From the NCBI RefSeq assembly GCF_009914755.1, contig NC_060925.1: a stretch of DNA of 64,000 nucleotides; one strand, written 5' to 3'. Position 1 is the stretch's first letter. Each line of letters opens with the position of its first letter. The stretch is from the human T2T-CHM13v2.0 reference genome, Homo sapiens. The position numbers and the translations under genes were made by a program. The notes under the pieces were generated by a model, which searched no databases, was not told the DNA's origin, and saw nothing but the letters and a program-made list of their open reading frames with translations. Positions 29,252-47,861 of the stretch are shown piece after piece.

Positions 29252-29650
29252 TTAGTAGTATAGTTTGAAGTTGGGTAATGTGATGCCTCCAGCTTTGTTC
29301 TTTTTGCTTAGGAATGTCCTGGCTATCCGAGCTCTTTTTTGGTTCCATATGAATTTTAAAATAGTTTTTTCTAATTCTGTGAAGAATGTCAGTGATTTAA
29401 TGGAAATAGCATTGAATCTATAAATTGTTTTGGGCAGTATGGTCATTTTCGTGATATTGATTCTTTCTATCCATGAGCATGGAATGTTCTCCCATCTGCT
29501 TGTATCCTCTCTGAGTTCCTGGAGCAGTGGTTTGTAGTTCTCCTTGAAGAGGCCCTTCACTTCCCTTGTTAGCTCTATTCCTGAATATTTTATTCTCCTT
29601 GCGGCAATTCTGAACGGGAGCTTATTAATGATTTGGCTCTCTGCTTGTCT
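29252..29650 (-). mobile_element. Internal L1P ORF2 fragment with no 3' UTR or polyA
   Basis: ORF 29252-29677 QAESQI...KENYKPLL...IPCSWI...[11 protein letters not shown] is L1 ORF2. Confidence 0.9.
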
Positions 29651-30692
29651 GAATATGTTTAAAAGAAAACTGAACATGTTTTAAAGAAAGAAAATAAAAT
29701 TCAGATATCCAACAATATACTTTTATAATATCCGTAATCCAATCCAAAATTACTTTACTTTATGGCATGCAAAGAAGCAGCAGAAAAATGTAGCTCATTA
29801 TTCTGTAGCCCAGAGAAAAATCTGTTCATAGAAACAGACATGGAAATAACAGAGGTGATGGAGATAGCAGTAAAGGACTTTACATAGCTATTGTAAGTGT
29901 GCTTGAGGATTTAAAGGCAAATGTGAAGAATGAGAAAAGAGATTTTAAAAAGGACCAAAGTGGAACTTCTAAAGGTGAGAAATATATGAAATAAAAAATT
30001 TACTTGACAAGCTTGAAGGCAGATTTGACACTGCATCAGAAAAGATCAGTGAGCTTGAAGACAAAACAATAGAAACCACCTAAACTGAAGCACAGAAAGA
30101 GAAATAAAAAAGCTGGAGTATGGAGAGAAGCATATCCAGTGACCTATGGGGCAGTGTCAGATGGTTTAACATACCTGTAATGGAGTGATGGGAGTGGCGA
30201 ATTTGGGAGTGGGAGGAGTGGCAGAAAAACTACAAGCATGAATTGTTTTATTGTGCTTCACTTAATTGTTCTTTGCAGATATTCTTTTTTTCCTTTTTCT
30301 TTTTTTTAAACAAATTGATGATTTGTGTCAACTCTGTGTTGAGCAAGTCTATCGGGGCTATTTTTCCAACAGCATATATCACATTTTGATAATTGTCACA
30401 ATATTTTAAAACTTTTCATTATTATTACATCTGTTATAGTAATATGTGATCAGTGATCTTTCTTATTACTCTAGGGCACCATGAGCAAGCAGTCATAGAT
30501 GATGGCAAACTTAATCACTAAATGTTGTCTCTGTTCTGACGGCTCCACAGATTGGCCATTCTCCCTTCTCTCTCCTTCTCCTTGGGCTTCCCTACTCCCT
30601 GAGACAGAACAATGCCAATAAATAACCTTTCAGTGGCCTTGATGTATTCAAGAGACAAGAATAGCATGTCTCTCACTTTAAATTAAAAGTTA

Positions 30693-30998
<306 letters not shown>

Positions 30999-31405
30999 CT
31001 AGAAATAATTAAGCTTAGTGAGAAAGTCATGTCAAAAGCTGAGATAGGCCAAAAGCTAGGCCTCTTGTGCCAAACAGTCCGCCAAGTTGTGAATGCAAAG
31101 GAAGAGTTCTTGAAGGAAATTAACAATGCTATGCCAGTGAAACACAAGAATGATGAGAAAGTGAAATAGCCGTATTGCCAACATGGAGAAAGTTTGAGTG
31201 GTCTGTGTAGAAGGTGAACCCAGCTACAACATTCTCTTAAGCCAAAGCCTAATGCAGAGGAAGGCCCTAACTCTCTTCACGTCTGTGAATGCTAAGAGAG
31301 GTGAGGAAGCTGCAGGAGAAAAGTTTGAGGCTTGCAGAGGTTGGTTCACAAGGTTTAAGGAAGGAATCTGCCTCCAAAACTTAAAGGTGATGGGTGAAGC
31401 AGCAA

Positions 31406-33745
<2,340 letters not shown>

Positions 33746-36700
33746 GTTGGAAATAATTAAGCTTAGTGAGGAAGGCATGTGAAGTAATTAAGCTTAGTGA
33801 GGAAGGCATGCCAAAAACTAGGCCTCTTGTGCCAAACAGTTAGAGTAGTTGTGAATGCAAAGGAAGAGTTCTTGAAGGAAATTAACAGTGCTATGCCAGT
33901 GAACACATGAATGATGAGAAAGTGAAATAGTTATATTGCCAACATGGAGAAAGTTTGAGTGGTCTGTATAGAAGATGAAACCAGCTACAACATTCTCTTA
34001 AGCCAAAGCCTAATGCAGAGCAAGGCCCTAACTCTCTTCACGTCTGTGAATGCTAAGAGAGGTGAGGAAGCTGCAGAAGAGTTTGAGGCTTACAGAGGTT
34101 GGTTATAAAGTTTAAAGAAGGAAGCTGTCTCCAAAACATAAAGGTGACAGGTGAAGCAGTAAGTGCTGATGTAGAAATTGCAGCAAGTGATCCAGAAGAT
34201 CTAGCTAAGGTAATTGTTGAAGGTGGCTACACTAAACAACAGATTTTCAGTGTAGATGAAACAGGTTTCTACTGGAAGAAGATGCATCTCATAGCTAAAG
34301 AGAAGTCAATGCTTGGCTTTCAAGGACAGGCTGACTCTTGTTGGGGGCTGATAGAGCTGATGATTTTAAGTTGAAGCTAGTTCTCATTTACTGTTCTGAA
34401 AATCCTAGGACCTTTAAGAATTTTGCTATGTCTACTCCCTGTGTGGTCTGTAAGTGGAACAACAAAGTTCAGATGAGAGCACATCTGTTGATGGCAGAGT
34501 TTAAGCCCACTGTTGAAACCTACTGCTAAGCAAAAATCTCTTTCAAAATATTACTGCTCATTGACAGCGTACCTGGTCACCCATTTTCTACAGTGAAGAT
34601 GCCCAAGATTAATGTTGTTTTCATGCCTGCCAACATCCATTCTGCAGCCCATGGGTCAAGGAGTGATTAAGACTCTCAAGTCTTATTATTTAAAGAATGC
34701 ATTTTGTAAGGCTATAGCTGCCATATATAGTGATTCCTCTGACAGATCTCAGCAAAGTAAATGGAAAATCTTCTGGAAAGGAGTCACTATTCTAGATGCC
34801 ATTAAGAACATTTGTGATTCATGAGAGGAGGTCAAAGTATCAAACAGGAGTTTGGAAGAATTTGATTCCAGTCCTCATGGGTGATTTTGAAGGGTTCAAA
34901 CTCAAGTGGAGGAAGTAACTGTAGCTGTGGTGGAAATAGCAAGAGAACCAGAATTAGAAGTGGGGCCTGAAGATGGGACCAAATTACTGCAGTCTTATGA
35001 TAAGACTTGAATGGATGAGGAGTTGCTTCTTACAGATGAGCAGAGAAAGTGGTTTCTTGAGATGGAATCTATTCCTGGTGAAGATGCTATGAACATTGTC
35101 AAAATGACAATAAGGATTTAGAATACTACGTAAACTTAGTTGATGCAGCCAGTGTCAGGATATGAGAGTGGCCTCCAAGTTGGAAAGAATTTTTACTGTG
35201 GACAAAATGCTGTCAAACAGCATCACATGCTACAGAGAGATCTTTCGTCTTGCAGAGAAATCAAACAGGAAGAATCAATCAATACAGCAGACTTTATTGT
35301 TGTCTCATTTTAAGAAATTGCCCCAGCCACCCCAGCCTTCAGCAGCCACCACCCTGATCAGTCAGCAACCATCGTCATCAAGGCAAGACCCTCCACCATC
35401 AAAAAAGAGTATGACTTGCTGAAAGTCTCAGATGATCATTTGCATTTTTAGCAATAAAGTATTTTTCAAATTAAGATATGAACATTATTTCCACATAATG
35501 CTGTTGCACATTTAAAAGGCTACAGTATAATGTAAATATAACTTTTATATATACTGAGATACGAAAAAGTTTGTGTGACTCATTTTGTTGCAATATTTGC
35601 TTTATGGAGGTAGTCTGTAACCAGGCCCATAATATCTCTGAGATATGCCTGTTTTTAAAGAAGTAATGTCTAGAAATTTTTCAGATTTGTTAAACAGCTG
35701 TAAATTCATAGATTCCAACATTTGATGGAACCCAGCAGGATAAATATAAAGAAACATGACGTCTGAAAATCTGTGACTAGAAAAAGAAAAGTTAAACAGC
35801 CAGAGAAGAAAGACATTTACATTGGGGAACCAAAATAGAAATACTTCCTTCTTATCATAAGCAATACAATCCAGAAAACAATCGAATCCATCTTGAAAGT
35901 GTTGAAAGAAAAAAGTCGATCTCAAATTCTATAGCCACTGAAAATATTCTTTAAAAACAAAGGTGAAATTAAGACATTTTCAGGCAAACAAAAGCTTAGA
36001 GAATTTATTGCCAGCATACCTGTATTGTTAGAAATTTTAAGGAACTTTCTAATGACAACAGATGGAAAAACAGATTTACACAAAGAAGGGAAGGGCACTG
36101 GAAGCAGTAAATATTTGAATAAATATAAAAGGCTTATTTTTTCTGTTTTGGTCTTTGTTTAAAGCAAAAATAATAACTCGCATAGTGGGGCCTATAGTAT
36201 ACATAGGAGAAAAATTTGTTACCACAGTAGCACAGAGGATAGTATGGAGACGTGAAGCCCTTACATTATATGTGAAGTGGTATAATATATAAAGGTCTAC
36301 TGTGGGAAGGTTAATGGTTTATGTTGTAATGCCTAGAGCAGTCATAAAAAAATAAGCCGGTAAAGAAAATGGAATACTAAAAACTACTGAATCCAAATGA
36401 AGGCAGGAATAGAGAAGGAAACAACTAATGGGAAAAATAGACAATGAAAAGGCAAGATAGTAAACTTAGGTTGGCAGGATGTAAAATGGTAGAGACACTT
36501 TGGAAAACAGTTTGACTGTTTTTCAAATGTTTATCACATCAATAGGATATAGGTAAATAGTTGTCATATTCATCCAATGGAATACCATTTAGCCATAAAA
36601 AGAATCTAACTGCTGAGACACACAGCAATATGGGTGAATCTCAAAGACATGTTGAGTGAAAGAGCCAAACACAGGAGCATATACTGTATGATGTTTGTAT

Positions 36701-39179
36701 GAAATTCTAGAACATGCAAGACTAATCAGTAGTGAGAGGAAGCAAATTGAGAATTGTTTGAGACTTGGTGGAGGAAGTGTGTGTGTTGATTGCAAAAGGG
36801 ATAAGGACATGTTTTGGAAGGATTGACTTGGTTTGTATACCAGTCTTTGTTTTCATTTGTCATAACCCATTGAATGGTGTACCTGAAAGGATGCATTTTT
36901 GTATGTAAATTATACGTCAGTATATACTTAAAAAGAAAAATAAACCAGATCCTACACTTGGCTGAGGGGCTGTGTAATAACAAAAAATAACATTACCTTA
37001 TAATTGAAGGACAATCTTAACTTTGAAAACATATTTAGAAAAAAGTTTGTAAAAATACAGAATTAAAATTAGAAGAGACCAGTGAGTATTTAAAATGTAA
37101 TAGACAACTCAAATTATGCTTATGCAGTTTTCCAGAAGGATAGATGAGAATGTGTTAACAGATTGCTTTGGTACTGAGAGTGATTGGAAGAGGTAGAGGG
37201 CTTAGAGAGATACTTTTTTTTTTTTACTTTATGCTTTTTCAGTGCCATTTAAATTTTAAATCATGAGTATATTACATATCCTCTCAAATTAAATGAAAAT
37301 GTAACAAAAATCAGACTTCATTTTAAAATAAAAATTAAAGCTGTTATATTCATCTGCTGTCAAACAAGGAAGTTTTTACTTAAAAAATTTTTAAAGCATC
37401 TGCTATAATAAAAAGGTGAGAAGAAAGCCATTCTTACATTTCAGCTTTACTTGTAGACTAGTGTATTATCTGTCAAAAGCCCTTAAAGCTTGTTTCTTTT
37501 GACCCAGCAATTCAACCTTTGTTAATGTGCCCGAAGAAATTGGATGTATGGACTAAGGAAGACATCTACAAAATTATGTTTATCACGGCGTATTTCACAA
37601 AATCATAAGTACAGGTTGAACGTTCAAGAGTAAGGTCATTTGTTAAGCAAATTTGGTAGTCCATAAGGTAAAACAATATGTTGCCACATAAATGATATCA
37701 TAGATAAAATATTTACAGTATATTAAAAATGTTTTATAAGCCAGATTATGGCATCATATAATGAGAATGACCATATAGTGTGTTGTTCATAAGAGTACAA
37801 TTTAAGAATGAATGGGGGAGCTGAAATAATTAAAACTATTTAATTTTCTGAGTATTTAATCACTGACAAATTGGTTTTATTTTATTGGGTATCCTGTAAA
37901 ATAATTCTGCTATAAACCTATTTTCTAAAATGAAATTATTAAAAACATACATTCTTGTGTATTTATCTAAATTTGAAATTATTGGCACTTTCAATTGACT
38001 CTTGTATGCTTTTATTAGAGAAGGTATTCTCCCTACAGTTGCTCAGAGCAAATTCTGCTTAATTTTAGGATATTCTCAATTCTAAATTTTTGCATATTAA
38101 AATGTTTAAATATTTCAGACCAGATATTTTTACAAATCCCATTCTTTTGCTTTCATTCAGAATACCTTCCACAAATCTGAGATATTTTTACATTGACTTT
38201 TATTTGTAATTATTTTAAATAATCATCCAGTTTAGATGATACAGAATCATAGGGCTTCTCAATTTCATTCCATTGAAGTATACAATATAAATAAATCTAA
38301 TTGAAAATAGGAGCTCCATCAAACCATTATTCCTACAAATGAAGATACTTCAACTTAAGCTTACACATTGAGTGTTTTAATTTCTTCAGTTCATTCTTTG
38401 CTTTTGTCGGAATGCATTTCAATATCAGTGTGTTTGCAAGCTTTGTTTCTAATAATTGCAGTTTACTGAAAGCTTTACTCCATTCTTTCAATACATTGAT
38501 TAAATATATTCGACTGACTTTGAACAAAATGCAAACCAAAATATAGAAGACTCATTATCAAAACAATTTAATATGATTGTAGACCACTTAGGGTGATTTA
38601 CTGTCAAGAGTTTACCAAACATTTTTAGAATCTTTCCTTTTGCTGGTGGTCAGGTAAGAGAAACATACGTTTTGCTTGCTTGTTTTTGTTTTTTGGTATT
38701 CATTGCAAATTTTTTGTTACTCAGTTTCTCTGAGTATATACGTAAATTTTAGTATCCAGACCTTTTATTTTGATCAGTTGAGAAAAAAACATAACATTTG
38801 CATGAAATGATGATCCGGTTATTTTTTGGCAGCTCATTTTATAGTTGGAAATTTTGTCCTCGGCAGCATTATATCTTGTTCTTAGGGATTTTCTTATTTT
38901 TCTGAGTTGCTAGGATATATGTAAGTATCAAATTTAATATTTTAGATTCTTCCTGTGACACTATGTAAAAAATTTAAAAACCTTATTTAGAATTTAGTAT
39001 TTTGAAAAGTGTTACTTTTTGACTTTTGGCGAGATGTTCTTTTTATAGAGAATGGCAAACTGTTGGACTTCCTAAGTTTTGTTTTTATACTTGACCACAC
39101 TATAATTCATCCGCTATGCTGAAACCTAGTTAATCTTTCTAAATGGTATGCTTTATTCCTTAAGTATTATGTTATAATC

Positions 39180-39670
39180 CTTAAAGTTATTCATGACTTT
39201 CCATCACACTTAAAGACTAAAATTTTACCATGGCCTACAAAATTATTTCATAGTCCAGATTATACCTTGCTTTCTAACCTCATCCTGTGTCATTCACTTC
39301 CCCTTACTTTCTGAACTCTAGCCAAACTAGCCTCCTTCCTTTCCCTCAAGGCCATTACATCTGCTGTTTCCCTTACTGGGAATTCTGTTCTTCCAGATAT
39401 TTTCATTAGTGGCTCCTCATCATTCAGGTCTCAGTTCAAATCATATCATTTTAGAAACATTTTCTCTGAACATAATATGTAAAAAGCCTTTTTTGTAACT
39501 CACTTTCTATCTCTAGTACTCAACATTCTATTTTTCCTTTTTAATTTTCTTCACAGCAACTATCACTATTTAAAATGATCTTATTTATTGTAGGAGCAGG
39601 AATAGTATATGTCAGGTTCACCACTCTCTCACAGCATGGTAAACACTTACATTTGTGAAATGAATTACTG
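39180..39670 (+). mobile_element. L2 3' fragment
   Basis: ccatggcctacaa..., cattcaggtctcagttcaaat L2 motifs. Confidence 0.65.
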
Positions 39671-39899
39671 TCTTATGTAGTTACTATATCCATATTTATT
39701 CTTTGATTCTCACTTCTAGCTATAAAATATCCTAGTGGTATTTGCCTTCCATATTTTCAGACAGTTTAAAAATAGCACCAAACAATGAAGGAACTTTAAG
39801 CAAGGTTGTGATATGTTCTTACATCTATTTTAATGTTCTCTAAACACAAATAAAATATAACATATTGAATTGACAGAATACAAGTGAATATAAGATGAG

Positions 39900-40253
<354 letters not shown>

Positions 40254-41859
40254 AAAAATATTTATATTTATACTTCTCCCAAAAAATAAGACAAGATCCT
40301 AGAGAATGGTCTAGAGTTCTTGTAGGAATAATCCAGGAACTCTGCTGCTTGAATCATCTAGACTTCCAGTTCCAACCAGGAAATACTGTTTATCAGACTA
40401 CCCTTCTACCAAAAGCAGTCATGAAAGCTAGACAAAATATATAAAACCAAATGGTTTGAAGACACTGAAATGCAATTAGGTAGAGCTTGAGGGGCTGTGA
40501 TCCTAAGGTCATCGCCATATAAACATTGGCTTTTTCCCTGAGGATATGTTCTAAAACATGTTCAGAGCAATAGAGGCCATATCTAAAGTGGCAGTCATTT
40601 CGGGCAGAGGAGACAATGGTCAGGCCCCAGAGCTGCTAAAATGACTGAAACATAGGGACAAAATCTCATATAGAAAGAAATTGCAGAGGAAAAGCCCAAA
40701 ATTTATGGACAAATTTCCCTGAAGTCATTGGTGATTCCATAACCACATATATGGGGCAAGCAAGACTCAAAGAAACCCAGCAGAAAATAGCAGAAGAAAT
40801 TTAAGGGCTAAGGAGGAAATTTAACAGCCACATGCTAGTGGGGAAACAGAGGTTAGGCTGCTTAGGTGCCCTTGGTAAATACCCCTGGCTTCCAACTGAA
40901 ATTCCCAGGGCCATTTCTGGAAGTTGGGGTAAAAACGGAAATGGACTATTTTTAACAAAACCTAAAACACAATGTAATCTGCATTTACTCAGTCTGTGTT
41001 CAGAAGAAATTTAACCTTTTTAGAAGATAATGTCATTCAAAGCCTCTACAATTTTTCATTTTATGTAGTTTGCCTTCAGATAAAAAATTACTAGACAGAT
41101 TAAAAAAATAAAACGCAAGAGCATATTCTAGAGATTATATCTGCACAAATGAAATGTTTATGAGATTATTCACTGAAAAATGTTCATGGTAACAAAATAT
41201 TGGAAATAGCCCAAGGGACCATCAAAAGGGAATTTATTAAATTGTGTATATTTATGTAATATATTAATTTTCACACAGGCACTATCATCGTTTGGTGCAA
41301 GCCAGTTCTTTATTGTATGATACTGTCCCGATCATTCACTACAGGGCAGTTTATAACTTTGGACCTGGCACAATAAGTGGAGGTTGCACATTCAAATTTT
41401 GAGACAACTCAAAATGCTCCCACACATTTTCATGTGCCTCTAGGGTGGGGCATTCCACTTGAGAATCATTAATATTATGGAATTCCGTACAACTGTAAAA
41501 AAAAAAAAAAACTGAGAAAGTTGTTTGTGAACTGATATGGAAAGACCACCAACTTGCTATGTTTTGTTTAAGAAAGGAGGACAATGAGCATATATATTTG
41601 GATTGCCTACATTTGCATAAAACATTCTGTAGTAATATGTAAGAAACGAATGAAAGTGATTTTCTGTGGAGCCTGATGAGGTGAATGGAGATGAGAATGG
41701 GTGAAATGTATTTACTGGATTTAAAAACTACTGTTTTAATTTTTAGAACATGGATTTATTACCTATTTAAATTTTTAATACAATTTTAGATATAAATAAG
41801 CTATCGTGTCAGATATAATAATTTATAAGAGATCTATTTAAAATTTACATATTCATTAA

Positions 41860-42111
<252 letters not shown>

Positions 42112-42634
42112 TAATGCTTAAAAGGTTTGCCTTTCTAGATATATGTTTATTAGGGCTGTAGCCTTTATTTTTTCTTTTGAAGTTACTCAAAGAAATGTCC
42201 TTTCTATTTAGAACATATTTAAAATATGTATTGTTATTTGAGAAGTTATAACCACTGTTACATTTTTCAAAAATTTCACTGCTATTTTTATGCAGCATTG
42301 TGCTGCGGTACCTACCCAGCCTGGTAAGACAAGAAAAACAAAATAACCAGATGTTTAGGAATTGAAAAGGAGGAAAGAAAACAGTAGTTATTCACAGATT
42401 ACGTGATTATTGACCTAAGATATTAAGACAGTCTATATTTAAATTACTAGAAATAAGAGTTTAATATGTTTTTTTAAATAGATGATCAATATGGATGTTA
42501 AAAATCAGTAGCATTTCTCTACACCAGCTACAAAAGGCAAGAAAATGTCATTTTGCAAAAAGATATCTTATGTAATAGAACAAAAGTATATATGTTTCCT
42601 ACAAATAAATCTAACAAAAGATAAAGTTCAAATT

Positions 42635-43125
42635 TTTACTCAGCCATGGAAAAGAATGAAATCCTTTCATTTGCAGCAATATGGATGGAACTGCTGGAGG
42701 ACATTATGTTAAGTGAAATAAGCCAAGCTTAGAAAGACACGTATTATGTGTTCTCATTCATATGTGGGAGCTAAAATAAATTGATCTCACGGAGGTAGAG
42801 AATAGAATGGTGGTTATCAGAGGCTTGGAAGGGTAGTGAGGAGAGAAGGATAAAAAGGGGTTGGTTAGTGGGTACAAAAGTACAGTTACATAGAATGAAT
42901 AAGATCTAATGTTTGATAGCACAATAGAGTGACTATAACAATGATTTGTTGTATATTTCAAAATAGCTAGAAGAGAAGACGTAGAATGTTTCCAACAGAA
43001 GAAATGATAAATGTTTGAAGTGATGGATGTTTCAGTTACTCAAATTTTATCATTATACATTATATGCTAGTATCAAAATATGTATAACTCTTTATATCCA
43101 TAAAAATTAAAAATAAAAATTTAAA
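42635..43125 (+). mobile_element. L1MA 3' end nested in an older L1ME (~42320-43870)
   Basis: aagaatgaaatcc..ggaggacattatgttaagtgaaataagcc ... A-rich tail. Confidence 0.8.
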
Positions 43126-43889
43126 AATACAAAACTTTATTAAATGATATTGAAGAGGATATAAATAAATGGAGAGATATCGTATTTATATATAGGTAAA
43201 CAATATCATAAAAATTTCGGTCATCCCCAAATTGATTTATAGCATAAATTCAGTGCCAATAAAATCTCTAATGGCCTTTTTCCTCCCAGTGGAACTCGAA
43301 AAGACACTTCTAGAATTTATACAGTAAAGAAACATTCTAGACACTTGTGAGGAAAAACACACTGGCTGGATTTACATTGCCCAGTTATCAACATTGACAG
43401 TATAGTATTTGTTAATAGGGACAAACAGACTGACAAACAGAATAGATAGCTCTTAAACAGACCTACATATATGTAGAAACTTGTTTTAACAAGTGTCGCA
43501 CTGTGGATTATAATAGTTAATTCCAGGAATATTAAAGGCTTAACTTTAAAATATACAACCCTGACACTTTGAGAATAAAAAAATATATGCCCTTGGGGTA
43601 AAGAAGGATTTTTACAATGGGAAACAAAAAATATTACCTAGTAAAAATACCCTGTAACCCAGCAATTCCATTATTCGGTATGTACATTTACATTGTATAC
43701 GTAGAAGCATTGTTTATATTGGCAATTTATATAATAAAATACAAAATAGTAATGAAAAATGAATTATGTTTATATCTGTTAGTTAAAAGAATATGATACA
43801 ATTTTTATAAAGTTCAAAACAAAGCTGAACAGTATATTGGTTAGGGATTCAAAATGGTTTTGATAAATTGTTGAAGTAAAAATAATATA

Positions 43890-44263
43890 TAGAGATGAAT
43901 CTCTAAATTAAATGTTTTATTTGGAAGCACAGAACTCCAATTCAGGGCATACACACAGAGTAGGGTGGTTGGTCCTCAGTACATCCAGAGAACAAAGAGA
44001 AGGTTGGAAGTTTTATTAGAAATGTTATGTATAGTTTTGAAAGGAAATGTGTTGACACGAGTAAAGCTTCTAGAAGCTGTCTGGCTCTGATTGGTGATGG
44101 CAGTAGATAAAACTATAATCTTAGGGTTATAGCAGCTGAGCTTGTGGAAAACGTAATTTTTGGAGCTGGTGTTATGTGCCGCAGGTGATTTTCTGCTGGG
44201 CCCCTTGACTCTGATTTAGTTGGGTATGACAAGAATGACCCAATTCGTATAATTTGCTTTCAC
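43890..44263 (-). mobile_element. ERV1-class solo LTR (MER95-like)
   Basis: Reverse strand starts tgtgaaagcaaattatacgaattgggtcattcttgtcatacccaac and has aataaa near its end. Confidence 0.6.
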
Positions 44264-45510
44264 AAAGTCAAGATAATGACAAATATGAAACTCAAGACTA
44301 CAGATACATCTGGGATATGGGGAATAGTATGTGAATGGGCAGTGAACAGACCATCAAAGGTGTTCGTAGTGTTGTATTTCTTAAATTGAGATGTGAGTAG
44401 AGTCGAGATATATATGTATATTCCTTTCTGTGTATGAAGTACTTCATCAACAGAGAAGAATTTTCAGGAAAATGGAACTAGATGACATAATTTTCCCTGT
44501 TCTGACTAAATAAATAATAAAAATTAAATATTTTTATATTAATTATGTTAAAAATTATTTTTATATCAATTATATTAATAAAAATATTAAAGACAGTACA
44601 AATTCATCAAAGGCAATAAAAGAAGGAAAAAATGTAACTTCATGTCATATTTGATAACCAAAATAAACAAAAACGAAAAGATTTCTGATTTCTGGAATGA
44701 GACATAAGTCTGCTTCCTACCGTATCCTGAAACCTTTCTGGGAAAAGAGAGTCAGCCAACTCCTAGTATTCCCTATCTGTCTTGCCAGGGAGACCAGTGC
44801 CCAGGGCGTCAAATATGTAATTGCCTACAGCTCCAGCAGAGTTCTCACCTCTCATCCTTCCTGAACACATAGGCTTCAAGTGATCAAGTAGAAGTACACT
44901 AGTACTCCAGATCTCAAATTGTATCCAAGAAGGGAGAAACACACACATACACACACACACACACACGAGGAACTCAAGGAGAAATCAACAAAGTTCAGGT
45001 CAGAACTGACCCTGGTAAATGTGAACAAGATAAAACAGAAAGCATGGCAATTGTGCAAACATACTGCTAGAAACAAAAGCAGAGTGGTATATAGCATGTA
45101 GAAGACTGATAAAGAATCCAGTTTCAAATTTTAAAAACAGTAAAAAAAAAAGTCACCATGAGTAATTCATACCATAATAGAAATTAAATTTAACAGAGTT
45201 AGAACTCAGAACCAAAATAAAACAATAAAGTGATACAAAAATATTGTGGAGCTAAAGAAACAAGCTGAGACCTAAAATGATGTATCCCCATAGCTAATGG
45301 AAAACAACAAAGAACTCGTTGCACATAGTTAAAAACTGCATTACTTACATGGAATAAAAGCAAGAGATAGTCATAGTCAAAACAAAGGAAAAGCAGAGAT
45401 TAAAAAGATAATAGATTTGTAAAATAAACATAATTTAACGTATGGGCCTTCCTGAAGTAGAAGACCTAAATCATAGGAATTAACCTAAAAGCTGCAAGAA
45501 GAAGAAACAC

Positions 45511-45800
<290 letters not shown>

Positions 45801-47767
45801 GAAACAGAACACTGCAAATTCCATTTCTAACAAAATTAAGGGATACTTGATACTTCATAACACCAAATAGGAAGAAAAGTAGGCATATAAGCAGTAAAGA
45901 TCAGAGAGAGGTTTGGTATAAATGGAAGAGAGGATGTTTGGGTCTGCAGACTGAAAAATACAAAGCCAGTAGAGCACAATTCTCTAAATTAGATGGTGTA
46001 ACTTGACATACAAAACTCAAATTCTCATGAGCAGCAATGAGAACAGGATCACAGGCTAATGGTGAGTACTTCTTTGGACCTTACTAGATATAATGTGTTG
46101 AGAAGCTGGAAAAACAGAATCGAGTAAGGTTTCTCACAGACAAGCTGTTTGCGCCTGCGAACTTTGGTGAGGGAAGGGAATGAATGACAGATTCACTATT
46201 GTGCTGCATTTCCAATCTCAAGTGGCTGGGGAGAAGCAAAGTCTAAAAAAAACATTTATGTCTGGACTCTTACCTGGTGTTTTATGTCAAAACTTTCATT
46301 CAGGAAAATAGTAATGAGTAATTTGTTAAAAAAGAACAGGTACAGAATTTATACAAAGATATTACCAGAAAAAAGGAAAAGGAGGGAAAATTGTGGGCAC
46401 AAAATACGTAAAAGAGCAATTGAAAATTCCAAGCAAATATCACCATGAGAGAAAACATAGTAAAGCCTTCATCTCTGTAGAACAAGTATATAAACAGAGA
46501 TACAAGAGCTCAGAGACAATAAGATGTGATATCAGTAACAAAGTATAAGAAAAAATAGTTATCAACAAAATGAAGGCCAAAATGGAAGCAATACAAAGAA
46601 AAACAGTGTTCAAAATATAAGGAGCTTAGAAGACAAAATTGAGAAAAGCTAGTAAATGTGTGGAAATAAAAGGAGACAGAAAGAAAATGATAGATAAGGA
46701 AGAAAAAGAATAGTATACAGTTTTTGGATGACAGAAGAGTTAACTTTCTCACCTTTTATAACATCATTCAGAACTATCTAAAAAGTGGTCTATGGAATTT
46801 TTCAGATTGAGATTGTTATACATAGTGTTGGTCTCAAATGTGAAAGAACACAGGTAATATAGACAGCATCCCTGAGTCCATTCCTAAAACTACTTAAAGA
46901 CAAAATCCAGCCAAATGAATGACGATGGGAAACCTTGTGGCAGAAGAATTGATATTGTACTCAGGTCCAGAAAAGTGAAGTATATATCAGGTCCTCTGAA
47001 AAAGAAAGTTTTCCCAAGTTTATACCAGCCAGGTTATTCATCAAATGTAATGACAATATTCTCAAACAAATAAGAGTACAAGGAACATAACACCTCCTCC
47101 CACCTCCAGGGGCCCCCTTAAAAGCACTTACAAAGTTCACCTAATCTATAGTTGAATCAAAATAAATCCCTAGGAAAGTCTCCAGCTTCTTAATATATTT
47201 CATGATTTTTCTTTCCCCCTTACTCTCAGGGAGATATTTTAAAATTTGGAATTTCAGGAACTTAAAGATATCTATTGTGGGAACAATATTTAAAGTTCAA
47301 CAGTTTGTTTTACTTCATTTACTTTTTTATCTGTTCAATTCAAATTAATAACTTTTCAAAATACAATGGCATTTTATGATTCAATTCCTTTGAAGTTATT
47401 TCTGTTCTTATATTTGAATATATATGTGTTGACTGTGTCTAGAATGATGTTTAAAATAACTGATGTTTCAGATGGTATTTCTAGGTAGTAGCATGTTGAG
47501 ATTTAAAATGGTTTCTATCTGTGCAGTTTTCTCTGTATTATTTTTATTATTGCTTGATTTTAAAATAATGAACACATATCATCTTATAAAAATGAGTCAT
47601 TTAAGAAATAGAAGGCTTTCCTGACTTCCCCCTGCCCCTCCAACACACACACAAAGGCAGGGAATAGGTGTAGATTCTGAGTAAGAAAAAACACAAAGCC
47701 TACATTAAAACCAAGCCTTGATGACACTTATTTTTATTAATTGCATTCTTAATTTTATTTTACTCAG

Positions 47768-47861
47768 GTTATGCACATTCGGAAACTACTTCAGAAAATG
47801 GATCGTCCAAATGGTCTTTATCCAAATTATTTGAACCCCAGAACAGGGCGCTGGGGTCAGT
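47768..47861 (+). CDS. MAN1A2: MAN1A2 internal coding exon (probably exon 8), 94 nt, phase 0-1: VMHIRKLLQKMDRPNGLYPNYLNPRTGRWGQ
   Basis: Acceptor tactcag| and donor AGT|gtaagt. GLYPNYLNP motif of Golgi mannosidase I. In frame with the preceding exons. Confidence 0.96.

Noticed and set aside
34099-35422. TIGD1/CENP-B-like transposase ORFs
   Set aside because: Frameshifted, stop-ridden Tigger1 fossil.
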